64,000 nt of DNA from Oikopleura dioica (GCA_907165135.1 OU015568.1:5518001-5582000), one strand, 5' to 3'; positions 11,704 to 24,555 are shown, numbered from the stretch's first letter. Notes: generated by a model from the letters alone, not told the origin. Translations and numbers: made by a program.

Positions 11704-12849
11704 AAATTGGAAGACTCATTTTTGTGGAAAACTGACTTGGCCCTGATCTGACTACGAGTTGTTTGAATACAATAAATTTCCTTATTTTTCTTGCATCAAA
11801 ATTTGAGTCGTTTACATGTATATTTTAAGTATAATATGTATATTTGGTGATGTTTATGTAACACAAAAGGAGTGATTTTGAAGTCAGTACATTTGATTAG
11901 GGATTTGTGGGCCCGGTTGAGTGACTACAGCAGACTGAGTTGGAACAACGATGAGGGAAGGATGAGTCTGAAGCTCGTGTTGGACCATAGCGCAGATTTG
12001 ACAGCATAAAATCGCGAGACAATCACTTGAAAAACGTAAGAATTGCATGTTTTTTTAACTACTTACACAAACTGATCTCTTTTCAAGCTATGTTTTTCCT
12101 GAATTTGTCGTCGATGTCGATAAACCAACACTTTTTCCATCTAAAAAACGGACAAAAATTGGCCAACTTCTGTTGATCCGGAACTAACACACCAATCAAG
12201 AGAACAACAACACCATCCAATCATGCTACTTTGATCTGTAGCAATAAGCTGGGGTGCATACAGAACAACCCAAAGTCTCCAAAACACACCAGCAAGGAAG
12301 ATTATCTCACCAGAACAGAAAAGTGCTGTAAGAGGTCTTGCTTTCGACTCGTCCAAAACTTTTTGGGTGGAGTAAAATGTCAGAAATGAGCAAAAATACG
12401 TTTTTAAGCAAATTCCAGCATCGCAGTGGAAGAGTGAATGATTGAAATCAGGTTTTTGAATCATTATTGGCTGTATCTGGCTGTCAATTTATTTGTTAAA
12501 TAATAATTTTTGCGCTCAAACTGAGTTTTTTGAAAGCAATTCCTGTCCACTTGCAGGGACCATCCGACTGGGCTCAGAAATAACGGGCTCCTTGTTGTCA
12601 AACATCTTCAAAAATGTAAAATGAAAACTAACGAAAACAAGGAGAAAAAATGCAGTAGATCAACAAAGCACAGACAGTTCTAGAGATAGCGTTTTAGGAG
12701 AAAATCCCGATCGAATGAAATCAACAATGAGAATCTGTAAAACATACATTTTCGTTGATTATTTGCTTGTTTTCCAATTTATTTGCTCAAAATTTCAAAA
12801 GCAAAAACAAGGCCGGCTCTGAATACAAGTCAAAGTAAAGAGAAAAAAC

Positions 12850-13498
12850 ATGAAGCTTTCCGGGCTCTTTTGCCTAATTTCTTCGGCATTGTAAGGCTTG
12901 AACTCTTAATCCCTTTCTTAATTATTCTTCTTAGCGCTGGAACATGCAACTTTCCGGACAAAACCGGGGTTCTTCCTGAAGGCGGTTGTCCCAGCACCTG
13001 CGCCATCTACAAGAGAATCGAAGAAGTCGAAAGACTGGTCAATGAAGAATGGACGAAAGTCAAGGTCAACTTCGAAGGAAGCTACGACAAGAGCGGCGAG
13101 TACAGCAGCAGCAGGGAAATCCTCGAGCAGCTGTTGATCCGACTCCAGAAAATCAAAAAATCGAGCATGTCCGAAGCCGAGAAGTTCCGAGCCTACCTCA
13201 ATGAGTACAACAACGCTAACGTCCCAGCCGTAAGAGCCCTTTTCCAATCCCTCTTTTTCTTCTATTCCTAGATCATTGCCGACCAAGAAAAACGAACTGC
13301 ACAACTTGAGGAGCGCCGCGGAAATCTTCACTCTCAATACATTCGTAAGGCTCAACCCTCCATTTCCCTTGTTAAAAAAGCATTCTAGAGGACAAGACCG
13401 AATTCATCCAGCTCACGACTTTCTGCCTCCTGAACTTCAAAGAATACGGCGAGCATATTTGCGACGTCCGAAGCTTCGCCGACGGCCTCAATCTCTAA
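12850..13498 (+). CDS. Secreted helical/coiled-coil protein of unknown family, 4 exons
   Basis: MKLSGLFCLISSAFA signal; GT-AG introns in phase; ends FADGLNL*. Confidence 0.78.
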
Positions 13499-13631
13499 GA
13501 TGTCCGATTTTTTGATCTGATTCGAAATAAATTTTCGCCAAAACGGGTCTTTTTTCATTGAATTTATCAAAGTTTATTCGCTTGGAAACATTTTGATATG
13601 AATGCTGAACAGGGAAAGAAGCGCGCGGAAA

Positions 13632-14541
13632 TTAGCAAGATCCAGCTCGGTTCTTTCGGAACTTCCATTCGCCGATGACGTTCTTGGGCTTGTTGGACTC
13701 TCGGTAGCAGCTGGTGACGGTGTTGGGCTTGGCCTTCTCGGTGCCGGCGGCGTTGCATCGGGCGGCGCAGACGAGCTTCTTGCCCTTTCTCTTCGATCGG
13801 CAGGACTTGGATGGGTAGTCATCGAGTGGGGCGTCCTCGGTGACGCATGGGTCGACATCGGTGGGGCCAGCGCCGCATGGGCAGATGTTGGTCCAGGCGT
13901 GGATGTTGAGGAGACCGGGTCGCTTGAACTCGATGTTGGAGTCGATTCGTCGGTCACCGAACTCGTGGTTGGCCTAAAATTGTTTTTAATAATTGCTTAT
14001 GATTTTGGTCAAAATTTTTGACCAAGAATATATACCCAAAATTTCTACCAAAAATTTCGCCCAAAATTTTCGATCAAAAAATTTGGGCAAAATTTCGACC
14101 AAAATTTTTCGATCAAATATTTTGACCGAAAATGTCGATGAAAAATTTTGACCCGAAAATTTTGACCCAAAATTTTGACCAAAAATTTAATGAAAATTTT
14201 TCATTACTTCTTTTTCCCCTCTCTCTCTTTCTACTTACGATGAAGTCGATCTGGTAGATGTGAGCTCCGTCGTTCTCGCCCCAGTAGGTGACGTCATCGA
14301 CTGGTCCGGCGGCCTTGATGAAGTTGACTTCATCGTCGAAGGCGACGTAGACGGAGTCCTTGTTGGAGAACCAGTTTCCATCAGCGACGTGGTTGAGATC
14401 GGCCTGGACTCGGACGTTGAAGCAATCCTTGCATGTCCAGCTGTTGGTCACCGTGGTGGTGGCGCTGATATCAGTGCAGTAGGTCTTCCATTTGCAGGTC
14501 TTGGCGGCGGAGGCGGCGGCGATGAGGGAAAAAATCTTCAT
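13632..14541 (-). CDS. Secreted Cys-rich protein, 214 aa, 2 exons (14541-14239, 13973-13632); N-terminal beta-rich domain loosely CBM2-like
   Basis: MKIFSLIAAASA signal; phase-0 GT-AG intron; exon 2 in the correct frame reads ANHEFGDRRIDSNIEFKRPG...KNRAGSC* (not the frames in the ORF track). Confidence 0.8.
14003..14198. repeat. Intronic low-complexity repeat AAAATTTT(C)GACC
   Basis: Repeated aaaattt(t)tgacc(a/c) units. Confidence 0.75.
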
Positions 14542-15708
14542 TTTTTTAATGAATTCAAATCCTTTTTCGGTTTTGAGCTGAGTTCTTGAAACAACTGCGC
14601 GGTTAAATAGTACTCCGCGGGGTTACGATTCCTCAGGTGGCGCGCGCGAGCGAAAAAAAATGAAAAGAGAGAGAGAGGGAAAGAGATCGAGGTACCAGGA
14701 GACATGAGTTTTAGAAAGACGCCGCGAAATTGCTACGTTTGCTTGTAATGAAAAATAACTTTGCGATCTGTAATTAACTTCTGTATTTTTCGTCGTAACA
14801 TTTTAGAAGATATTGAACTTTGGAATTCCCGAAAAAGAAAAGGGCATCATTCCAAAGTCATGCTGAAAAATTCGTGAAAAATCTTGTTTTGCGATGTCTA
14901 CACCCTTAATTTTCAACATGATAAAATTCTTGAGATGGCAAGCTTGATAGCCCTCTTTTCAATATTTGATCCGTCTCAAACAATAACTCTGTTGAAAAAT
15001 ACACAAAGGTCAATTATCCATCTCGCCCATCCCAAGATCTCAAGACCTCTCTTGCTGGTCTAGTACTGTTTGTTCAAATCACGTGATCGTCTTTTTCTCC
15101 CCTGTCTCGAGCTTGGTACTGTCGTTATCGCGGGTCTAGTGACCAAAATCATCAAAACAAGTCCCTTTTTTATCCTCCTTTCCGTCCACGGGTTAAATCA
15201 AGAAACGGGTTAATTAAGGTCACGTAAAAGAAATCTTTTGCCGCCCAATTAGCTCCATAAAACGGCCATGATTCCGGCCTAGTTTCTAAAAGTTTCATAA
15301 AATCGTAAAAAAAAGGCGATGATTCATTAGAAAAACAGACTCTCTCATTCAAACAGAATCATGAATTGAGACAGCCAAAATTTGATCGAGTTCAAAATTG
15401 AAACTGAAACAGAAAAATTTTCGCTTTTCATTTTGGAGCTTTTGTGAAAAAATAAAGAGCGCTTTGAATTGATATTATTGAAAAGGGCAATTTACAAAGC
15501 GGCGGGGAGGCCAAGCGCGAGCTTTTTTACACTGAAATCTGCCAGAGACGATTTTTCTAGCGAAGATTTGGAAAAAAAGAGAAATATTGAATGAAGAGTT
15601 CCATCATGAAAAATGAAGATTAATGAAGAAAAGTATTTTTTCTAGCCAAATACGGAGTACTTATTTATGACGTTGCGTAAAAGGTAACTATTATATCTAA
15701 TAACTTAA

Positions 15709-16100
15709 GGGGGGGGTCGACGAGAATCGGGATTTTTTCAACCAAAATTCCGGAAAAACCCGCTTTGAATCGAAAATTCTGATTGGTCAGGTGACTAGAA
15801 AAGGGTTTGAAAAATACAGCGGCGAAAACTAGAAAAAATTTTGACCAGAAAAAATGGGCGTAATCGTGGCTCAAAGTGGACCCAAAATTGCAATTTCGGC
15901 AATTTTCCGATTTTTTCGCTATTTTTTTTCTGCCAAATTTGGTAATGAAGTGCACGAAATTCCTGCAAAAACTCGTGAAACTCATTGCCGCTGTATTCGA
16001 AATACCCTCCTGTTCTCACCTGATAAGTCAAAATATATTTACCGAATCGGGTTTTTCGGGAAAATTGGTTTAAAAATTCTGATTCTCGTCGACCTCCCCC
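15709..16100. mobile_element. MITE with G-rich TIRs and TTAA flanks (Kolobok-like, family C)
   Basis: TTAA|ggggggggtcgacgagaatc ... gattctcgtcgacctccccc|TTAA. Confidence 0.85.
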
Positions 16101-16276
16101 TTAAACTCTTTAAAATATTCATAAATTTAAATGATTCCCTTTGACTTGAATTAATTCACTATCATTAAATGATTATATTTATTACTGTTAAGGACCTCCC
16201 CCACGGTTTCTGCCGAAATCGGCCTCGCGCGAATCAAAATTATGAGAAACCTGTATTTTTTAAAGTCTTATATTAA

Positions 16277-16566
16277 GGGGGGGTCGACGAGGATCGGGAT
16301 TTTTGCAACCGAAAATCCGGGAAAACCTGATTAGATAGGTAAAATGAGAATATATTGGTAAAAAGAGAAGAGTTGAAAAAATTTGGCTAGAAAAGTCGGT
16401 CAAAAATCCCGTCAAAGTAGGACCATTTTCGCGAAAATGCACCAAAAATGGTCATTTTTTATAATTTACCCCCTAAATCTCGCTTTTGTCAAATGATTTA
16501 GGGCTCATTTCGATTCGTACAAGCGAAATAACGTTCATCCCTGAAAAATTCACGTCGACACCCCCT
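16277..16566. mobile_element. Second family C MITE (shorter)
   Basis: TTAA|gggggggtcgacgaggatc ... cacgtcgacaccccct|TTAA. Confidence 0.75.
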
Positions 16567-16734
16567 TTAAGCTATTTCCCTCTACTTTGGGAATAGTTTT
16601 TCATTATGGGTTTTTGAAAGAAACTCTCGCAGATTTACTTTATTTGATCGACCCCAAAATTTTTGAAAAGCCCACATTTTGAATGATTTTAGACAAGTAA
16701 TAATTTTTCTAGTTTACGATATCCATGCCGAATC

Positions 16735-17199
16735 GTGATTTTCCTGAGCTTCATCGTCATATTCATCGATTGGGGTCTTCTGCTCAGATTCAGCGATGAG
16801 CAAAACCCTTGCACGGATGAAACAAACTTAACCCTCTTCGGCGCTGGGTGTCTTTTTGGATACGTTCCGATTCTCACCTCCGTGGCGATTTTGAAACAAC
16901 ACATGGCCAGAAAAGGCCTTCTACTCGCCTCGGCTGTTTCGTCCGTGATTTTGTCAATTTACGATTTTTCCCAGTCGAGTCAGTTGAAATGCAACGTGGC
17001 GCTTGGAGTGCTGCTGATTTTGCAGGGAGCGGCGGCGGGAGTGATCGTCATCTTATCTGGATACATGTGGTTCTTCCTCGGCCGGCCGGGCGAACGTTTA
17101 TCCCCGGAGGAAGAGAACTCGCCAGAGGTCACCGGCCAAAATGACCTCCCGCCTGATTATGATCGCGCTGTTAGAGGTAATTTTAGACTTGAAGAATAA
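16735..17199 (+). CDS. Exon of a multi-pass (about 4 TM) membrane protein with a C-terminal PPxY motif
   Basis: Four hydrophobic segments then NDLPPDYDRA; gene start not resolved. Confidence 0.7.
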   Translation: MIFLSFIVIFIDWGLLLRFSDEQNPCTDETNLTLFGAGCLFGYVPILTSVAILKQHMARKGLLLASAVSSVILSIYDFSQSSQLKCNVALGVLLILQGAAAGVIVILSGYMWFFLGRPGERLSPEEENSPEVTGQNDLPPDYDRAVRGNFRLEE

Positions 17200-17935
17200 T
17201 GGAAAATGGATAAATATTTGCATTTTAAATTTTTAAAGGAAAAGACACATTTTTACTTCAAGAAATTACGTCTTCAAGATCATAAAAGAGGAGTTGAAAG
17301 CATTTTTAGATAGTGATACCCTTAATTAAAAGGCTAAAAGGCATTTTTCTTGGAAAATAAAGCTGATTTTTAGCACAAAACTGATAATTATCCAAGAATT
17401 ATGGCCAATTTAACGCTCAAAATAGTCATTTTGATTTAAACTATTCCAGTAATTGCTTGATTAAAGTAGGGATACCCTTATTTAATAATTTTTTATAGAA
17501 AAAAAGCTCTTATCATATTTTAAAATCATCGTTATACATTCATATTACTTATGAAAATGACGATAAAAATTCGAAAAGACCTTATTTTTTCTATAAAAAA
17601 TAGAATAAGGGTATCACTTTGAAAACTAAGTGTTTTAAAATAAGCTTGAAAATCTCGTTCTTTGATGCTTCTTTCTTTCTTTTTCGTCAAAAAAGGAATG
17701 TTTATGCTTGTTCGCTTAAATATTTTTTTAAGCCGAGAGTCACATAATATATCGAGTCCAAACAAAATGGGAAAGTTTGGTGTTTCGCTTAAAACAGCGC
17801 ATTTGTTACGAAACGCTCCGCACGCCACTCGTCGTTTCAGGAACTGAGCTTCTAAAAATACACGAGCAGTGTTTTTCCGTTTTCCGGAACTGATTCGCTG
17901 GAGCCCGGGTTCAAGGTGCAAATCTGGACAGAATC

Positions 17936-20232
17936 ATGGTCGGTATTTCCACAACAACGATTTGCATCGTCGTCATGCAAGTTATACTTGAAGTCGTCAG
18001 GGTTTCCGCCAGGCACTTTTCGGTGGAAATGAGCGCTAATGGTAATGTTTCTTGGACGCTTTGCCAAGGGTTCAAATTAAAGAAATATTTATGAAAAATT
18101 AAGGGGGTGTCTGGAGCCGACAAAAATCTCGACAAATTTTGCGTGGGCGGCTACTCGGCTCGTGATTGGCTTGTTCGCCGAACCCAGGCTTCGGATTGGT
18201 TGAAAATTTCCACGCAAAATTTTTCGAAATTTTAGTCGGTTCCAGGCACCTCCCCGGTATATCATATACCGTATATCATATACGGTATATGCCTTGCTCG
18301 GCAACATGTGTAGAAAACCTGAGTCAGGTTCCAAAAGCTAAAATGAAAAGCCGCGTAGCGGCTTTTAAAAGCGAAGCCGCTTGATTAAATATTTAGCTGA
18401 GCGGCTTCTGTTTTAGAAAAGCCGCGACGCTGCTTTTTATTTTAGCTCTTCTGAAACTAACTCAGGTTTTCTACACAGGTTGGCGAGACAAGAGCTATCT
18501 GTTTAAATTTTGGCCGATTTTGGCCAATCAAAGAAACTCATCGAAACGCCGCTTGCGGCTTCGGAAATAACAAAATTGAAGCCGTGCAACGCGCGGCTTT
18601 TTTTATTGTCCTCGAAGCCGCAAGCGGCTTTTTCATGAAAATCTTGCATAAAGGAGTCTGCATGTCTTACTTTCTATTGAATTAAAACGATTGCTTTAAA
18701 AAAAGCATCGCAATGAGTTTGTATTGAAAACGCAGATTACACGAAAGGCGAAATGAACGCAAAATAGAAATGACGTCTCTTTTTTCTTACTTTTTAAATA
18801 CTGAATTAAAAATTGAACCCTTCGAAAGGTGCAACGAAGAAATCCCAATCTCGTGCATTTGCGGGCTGGGCTACTTCACCACGCTGCCGTCGTTCATTTT
18901 GATCATGCTGGGAGTGCAATTCCGCCGCACCCGGAGCGGAGTGAAAATTCCTGGCCTCACGTCGGTGCTCTACTTGGCCACCACATTCTTGACATTCTTG
19001 GCGTTGACCGCGCTTGCCATGCTTGACTTGGTCATTTTGCTAAGCGGCTTCAAAACCAAAAATTTCTCCCAGAATAACTGAAAATCTACCTTAATTTTAC
19101 AAAAAAAAGTCAATTTCAAGTGACTTGATGACTCTGATTATCAATTTTTGGCCAAATTAAATTTTCCTTTTTTATAGATTTTCAAGATTTTTAAGCCGAA
19201 ATTAGATAGGACAAGCTGCTTTCAACAATAAACCGCTTTCGCCAAATACTCATCGTGGAAATACTCTTCTGGTTTCAGGTAAGTCTTATGAAAAAAGGAA
19301 GCGCCATAATCATTGTCAGAATCTAAAGCTCCCAAATTTTATTTATGAGACTTACTTGACTTCAAAAATTCATCTATATTATCCAGAATTGGAATTCCAT
19401 TTGTCGAGATCCTATTGCTTTTATAAAACTCATCATTTTCTGTAGCTGAGGCATTGACTTCCCTTCAATCACTAATGTCCATCGCCGGCGCTGCTTTGGC
19501 GATGGTGGCGTTCTATGTGATGGCCAACAACTTGTACCTCAAGCTGGAGCGCCACTCGGCCGACACTCAAAACTCTTCAGCGCAAAATTCGAATACGCGG
19601 CGCCGGACGTCGTCAGATGCACTCTCGCCGGAAGATGTCGAAACGCAGGAAACAATTGTTGGAATAGAGTAAGTTTCCTTTCAAAGAGAGCCAATCGATG
19701 GCCTTCAAGAGAAAGAAGAATGTCGAGAAGTTGCTTGCGGCTTCGAGCAGAACAAAATTTAAGCCGCGCAAAGCGCGGCTATTTTATTCTATCTCTCAAA
19801 GCCGCAAGCGGCTTTTCGACTTTCTTCTTTCTCTCAAAGGTCTCTTGATTGGCTCTAGAAAACGCAAGAATTGTCAAATTCTGAATTGCGGCTCAGAAAA
19901 AATGACAAATTATTTGAATTCTTGCGGTTTTGTCCAGCAAAATTAAGTTACGTCAGCCCTTCATTCTTTCAATTCTCAACTCAAAAGTTCTTGAAATATT
20001 TTTTTTTTCTAGCAACGAGGCGTTTACACAAGAAGAGCACGATTCCAAGCTGCCCTCTTACGACATGGCTCGTGGAATGGGGCGCAGGAGGCAGAGCCTT
20101 CCGGATCTTTCAAAGCGCTCAAAATATCTTCAACTTCCCGGCACTTCCCAAACACGCCCTTCTATCCGAAGGAGCAATTCCTTTAATCTGGAAGAGCGTG
20201 GCATCGACGAACCACCACCTTATCGAACTTGA
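17936..20232 (+). CDS. Multi-exon multi-pass membrane protein with cytosolic LPSY and PPPY motifs
   Basis: Hydrophobic exons at ~17936, 18829-19030 and 19450-19530; final exon ...SKLPSYDMARG...IDEPPPYRT*; exon joins only partly resolved. Confidence 0.6.
18103..18255. mobile_element. Family B palindromic MITE (~155 bp); further copies at 34340-34509, 38094-38261, 48163-48305, 48808-48965, 56194-56350 and 56708-56867
   Basis: TIR ggg(a/g)ggtgtctggaaccgacaaaaa...tttttgtcggttccagacacc(t)ccc; the core carries two ctgattgg boxes 30 bp apart. Confidence 0.9.
18294..18491. mobile_element. Family A hAT-type MITE; further non-exonic copies at 20269-20439, 24383-24425 (partial), 32290-32595 (cluster), 34508-34617, 35144-35236, 41084-41198 and 41824-42139
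   Basis: TIR y(a/t)gggctcggcaacctgtgtagaaaacctgagtcagg; 8-bp TSDs visible at e.g. tactgatc/aactgacc (41824-42139) and gctagaaa/gctagaat (35144-35236); variable internal aagccgc/gcggctt arrays. Confidence 0.9.
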
Positions 20233-20757
20233 TCTTATCTGCTTATTTCTTTGTCACTTTAACTCAGCCGGGGCCGAAAACCTGTGTAAAAACCTGAGTC
20301 AGGAAAAAAACAGGAAAATAATTGTTAAATTTCCGCCAAAGCCGGTTTGTGGCTTCGATTAAAAATAGCCGCTCTGCGGCTTTTCGCTCGAGATTTTTCA
20401 AACCCTGACTCAGGTTTTCTACACAGGGTTCCGAGCCTAAAACTCACCTCAAAATCTTCAAAATATCAAAAAGTTACAAGTAGTTCAAAAACCTTTTTTT
20501 TGTAAAAAGAAGCTGTTCAAAAATAAACACAAAAAAAGAAGCTCTTCGGAAAATTATGCAGCACTTTGTCGCAGCACTTGAAAAAGGCATGTTAGACAAC
20601 TAAAAAAGACAGCGGAGAGGCACGTTACTTTTGTGTTATTTTTCTGATGCTTGGACACTTTTCAAAATTATAGTTTATTTGGGTTAATAAAGGGACAAAA
20701 TTCAATTTAAAAAGCAAAATCACGAGGAATTAAAATTTAGCCTTATTTTTTTTTGGC

Positions 20758-22330
20758 TCAAAAGAGTTTTCGGACTTGGTTCATACTGAAGGGCTTCCTG
20801 CAGCTTGGACAGTTCTTCGGATTGACGGAATTGAGACACGAATAGCAGAAGGTATGGAAGCAGGATATGATGCAAGATTGGTGATGTTGGTTCTTGTCGA
20901 ATGGAGAAAAACAAATTTTGCAGCAATTTTCGTTCGCGGACTCTAAAAAAGATTGATTTTTATTTTTTTCAAAAAAGAACCTTGATTTGAGGGTTGAGCT
21001 GGTCTCTTTCGGGCTCGTTTTTCTTTTTCAGTCACTGATTTGAGCTTCTTCTCGAGATCGTTCTTGTCTTTTGTTAGCCTTTCGTTGTCTTGAAGAAGAT
21101 TTTCGATTTTTGATGAATTATCGTCGATCTTCTTTTGGACGTTGTCGAGTTGCTCGGAAATTGATTTCTTCTCGAGTAAGATTTTTTCAAATTCCACCCA
21201 TCCATCCAAACGAGGCTGACCAGAAGAAGAGCATCCACGGTGTTGATAGTGCTCGAAAAACTGGCTGAAGGAAAGAGAAGCGCGGCATTCCAAGAAAAAG
21301 CATTTGAAGCGAATTTTTCTCAAATTATATGAAAAATCTTTTTGATAATCCAAGACTCTACAATAGCAATTTTGCTTATGAACAAAAGTCTGCTCTGAAT
21401 AACAATCCATACCAAAGTTGTACATTTAGCAAAATTTTCTCGTAGCGGAGATAGCGGAGCTGACCTGAGAATTAAGCGGAGCGTAGCGGAGCTTACGAAA
21501 AAAATTTTCCCCGTAGCGGAGCGGAGCGGAGCTGACTCAAATATTTTTCTCCGTAGCTAAGCGTAGCGGAGCTGATCAATTTTTTGTAACCCGTAGCGGA
21601 GCTGACGAAAAAGAAATTTTCCCGTAGCGGAGCTGGGTGGAGTTTTAGCTAAGATAGCTAAGCTAAGCTGAAATAGCTGAAAAAGCCCAGGGGCGTTATT
21701 GACACTGATCGAGGACATATTTTACTCAGAAAAGGCCCTAATTTTACAAAGAAAGGGCCTCATTTTACACGGGGCATCATTAAAGAGTGTCCTGCCGAAT
21801 TTATTGAGCCTTAAATCATTTGATAAAAAATAAGTTTTATGGGGTGATATTAAGAAAATAGAGAAAATGGAGCTGGCAAAAAAAAATTTCACCGTAGCTG
21901 AGCGTAGCGGAGCTGATCAATTTTTTTTCCCTCGTAGCTAAGCGTAGCGGAGCTAACTAAGATATATTTGGCCGTAGCTGAGCGTAGCGGAGCTGGTAGA
22001 AAATTTCTTCACTGAAGCTGAGCGGAGCGGAGCCGTCAGCTCCGCTATCTCCGCTACGCAAATGTACAACTCTGATCCATACAAAATATAATATTGCCAT
22101 TTTCATCATCGCTGCAAAAATTCCTGTAGAATTTCCCAGGAACAACTGTTTAAAAAAACTTTTGATGCAAATATTTCAAGCTAAACTTACGAGCAGATTC
22201 TGCATTTTCTAACGTATATTTTCGAACTACTACTATCATATTCTCCGGAAAAATAGTAATTTCCTTCATCCAAATATTTTGCCGGAATCTCTCGTTTTTC
22301 AACGCTTATTTTTCCCTCTTTTTGTCGCAT
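20758..22330 (-). pseudogene. RING array copy 1, exon 2 interrupted by a 662-bp hAT MITE
   Basis: MRQKEGKISVEKREIPAKYLD exon 1; MDCYSEQ...CFFLEC...; C-terminal CKICFSPF..CFHTFCYSC..CPSCRKPF; insertion at 21413-22074 with an in-frame stop just upstream of the TIR-derived ATG. Confidence 0.75.
21413..22074. mobile_element. hAT-type MITE (family F) with CGTAGCGGAGC arrays
   Basis: TIR caaagttgtacattt / aaatgtacaactctg; perfect 8-bp TSD atccatac (21405-21412, 22075-22082). Confidence 0.92.
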
Positions 22331-22920
22331 CTCCTCGCCAAAAATAGAAATGAATTCTGAAAAATGAGGAAAAATGATTTTTTAAGACACTCTACTCATT
22401 TTATGGCCGGTGTAGAGACTCACCAACTCCGATCACCGCCGATTCAGAACTTAAGAATTTTGAAAATTTAAGAAATATTATTTCTGAGAAAATTCTTTAA
22501 GGACCCCCGCGTCAACAATTTTTCTCAAAAAGTCGAAAATTTCAAAACAGCCGTATTTTGGCTTCTAAGTGTTCCTGGAAATTCAATTTATCATAAAAAC
22601 TTGTTCGGAGAACTTTTTGACCAGGATAAATCTGAAATTTTAGCAAAATTGGGGCTTTTTCGTCATTTTTCGTCAAAAAGTCCAATTTTCATTCTTAGTG
22701 TGGAAAATTATGCTGCATAATTTATGCAGCACTTTGTCGCAACACTTGAAAAGGCATGTTAGACACCAAAAAAAAAGACTTTTGTGTTTTTTTTTCTGAC
22801 GATTTTGCACTTTTGAAAAATTATTGTTTTAATTTTAGTTTATTTGGGTTAATAAAGAGACAACTTTAATCAAAAAAGGAGAATCATAAAGAATCAAAAT
22901 TTAGCCAAATTTCTTTTGGC

Positions 22921-24260
22921 TCAGAAGAGTTTTCGCACTTGGTTCAAATTGATAGGCTCCCTGCAGATAGGACAGTTCTTTGGAGCGACCGAGTTGAGAC
23001 AGGAAAAGCAAATAATGTGGCCGCAGGAGGTGATGCAAGAGAGGTGGTGCTGGTTTTTGTCGAAGGGAGAGAAACACACCTTGCAGCAGTTCTCGTCAGC
23101 GGGCTCTTAAAAAAGTCGATGAATGTCTTTTTTCAACAAAAGAACCTTGATTCGAGGATTGAGCTGGACTCTCTCGGATTCGTTTTTCTTTTTCAGTTAT
23201 TGACATTAATTTCTTCTCAAGATCATTCTTGTCACGTGTCAGCCGCTCGTTTTCTTCGAGAAGATTTTCGATCTTTGAGGAGTTGTCGTTGATCTTCTTT
23301 TGGATGTTGTTGAGCTGATCGGAGATTGTTTTCTTTTCGACGAAGATTTTTTTCGAATTCCTTCCTCATTGATTGCACTTCGTTTTCTCGGGCATCGAGG
23401 TCTCTTTGAATGTCGGCGGGGAGATGCACCTGACGAGAAGGAGCTGTTCTGGATTTTGTTTCGTTTTCGGGAAAACGAGGTTGACCAGAGGACGAGCATC
23501 GGCGTTGTTGATAATGCTCGAAAAACTCGTTGAAGGAAAGAGAAGCTTGGCATTCCAGGAAAAAGCATTTGAACCGAGTTTTACTAAAATTTCTAGGACC
23601 AAGATCTGTTTGATAATCATAGACTACACAAAAGCAGTCTTGCTTATGAACAAAAGTCTGCTCTGAATAACAATCCATACAAAATATACGATTGCCATTT
23701 TGATTATCGCTAGGCCTCGGACGTAAAAAAGACGATTTTCACCATCCGGTCATCGTACGGGAACAGGAGTGGGCTCATTCGAAAGCTCTTGATAAGGGCT
23801 TTCTATTTGACCGATAAAAAAACTGGGCCCTCCCTTTCTGTTTCGAGTAATTATGAAAAATAATTTTCGAAGCTTACCTTCAAAATCAAATATCTCGAAA
23901 AAGGAGGACAGGGCCCAGTTTTTTTATAAGCCCAAAAGAAAGCCCTGTTCAAGAGCTTTCGAATGAGCCTACTCTTGTTACCGTACGACGACCGGCTGGT
24001 GGTGATGATTTTTAACGTCCGAGGCCTAATTATCGCTGCAAAAATGTAAGTAGAATTTCCCCGGAACAACTCTTAAAAAAGCTCAATAATTTTTGATGCA
24101 ATTTTTCAAAAACGATGACTTACGAGCAGATTCTGCATTTATAAATAAATATTTTAGAATTATCATATTTTCAGAGATCAAAATTGTAATTTCCTCCATC
24201 CAAATATTTTGCCGGAATCTCTCGTTTTTCAACGCTTATTTTTCCCTCTTTGCGTGGCAT
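22921..24260 (-). pseudogene. RING array copy 2, with a hAT insertion in exon 2 and a +1 homopolymer frameshift at 23347-23353
   Basis: Homologous to copies 3 and 5; T7 run where the sibling-type GAA AAA ATC codons need T6; element at 23711-24028. Confidence 0.75.
23711..24028. mobile_element. hAT-type MITE (family G); a partial copy starts at ~44937
   Basis: TIR taggcctcggacgt / acgtccgaggccta; perfect 8-bp TSD attatcgc (23703-23710, 24029-24036). Confidence 0.92.
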
Positions 24261-24555
24261 ATCCACGGCAAAAAATAGAAATGAATTCTGAAAAATGAGG
24301 TAAAATGAATTTTTATAAGATCGTGTAATATTTACCCAGTGAGTTCTGCCCAGTAGTCCTCTTTCTTTATATTAAGATCTGTCAGACCCTGACTCAGGTT
24401 TTTAACTCGAGTTTCTAAGCCTTTGTTCTTATTCAGAAATGAAATAACTGTGTTGTATTTATCTTTTATTATTAAATTTTTCATTTAAATCTAATATAAT
24501 CAACATGAGAGTAAAATATCCAATCAGAAATTATAAATAATGCAAGAATCAGTTT

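Noticed and set aside
11885-12470. Short open frames after the astacin gene (e.g. LSWNNDEGRMSLKLVLDH)
   Set aside because: No start, splice context or convincing motif; possibly decayed sequence.
13574-14021. Ser/Pro/Thr-rich ORF 13574..13957 and ORF 13602..14021
   Set aside because: Wrong frames; the phase-0 splice from 14239 selects a third, Cys-rich frame.
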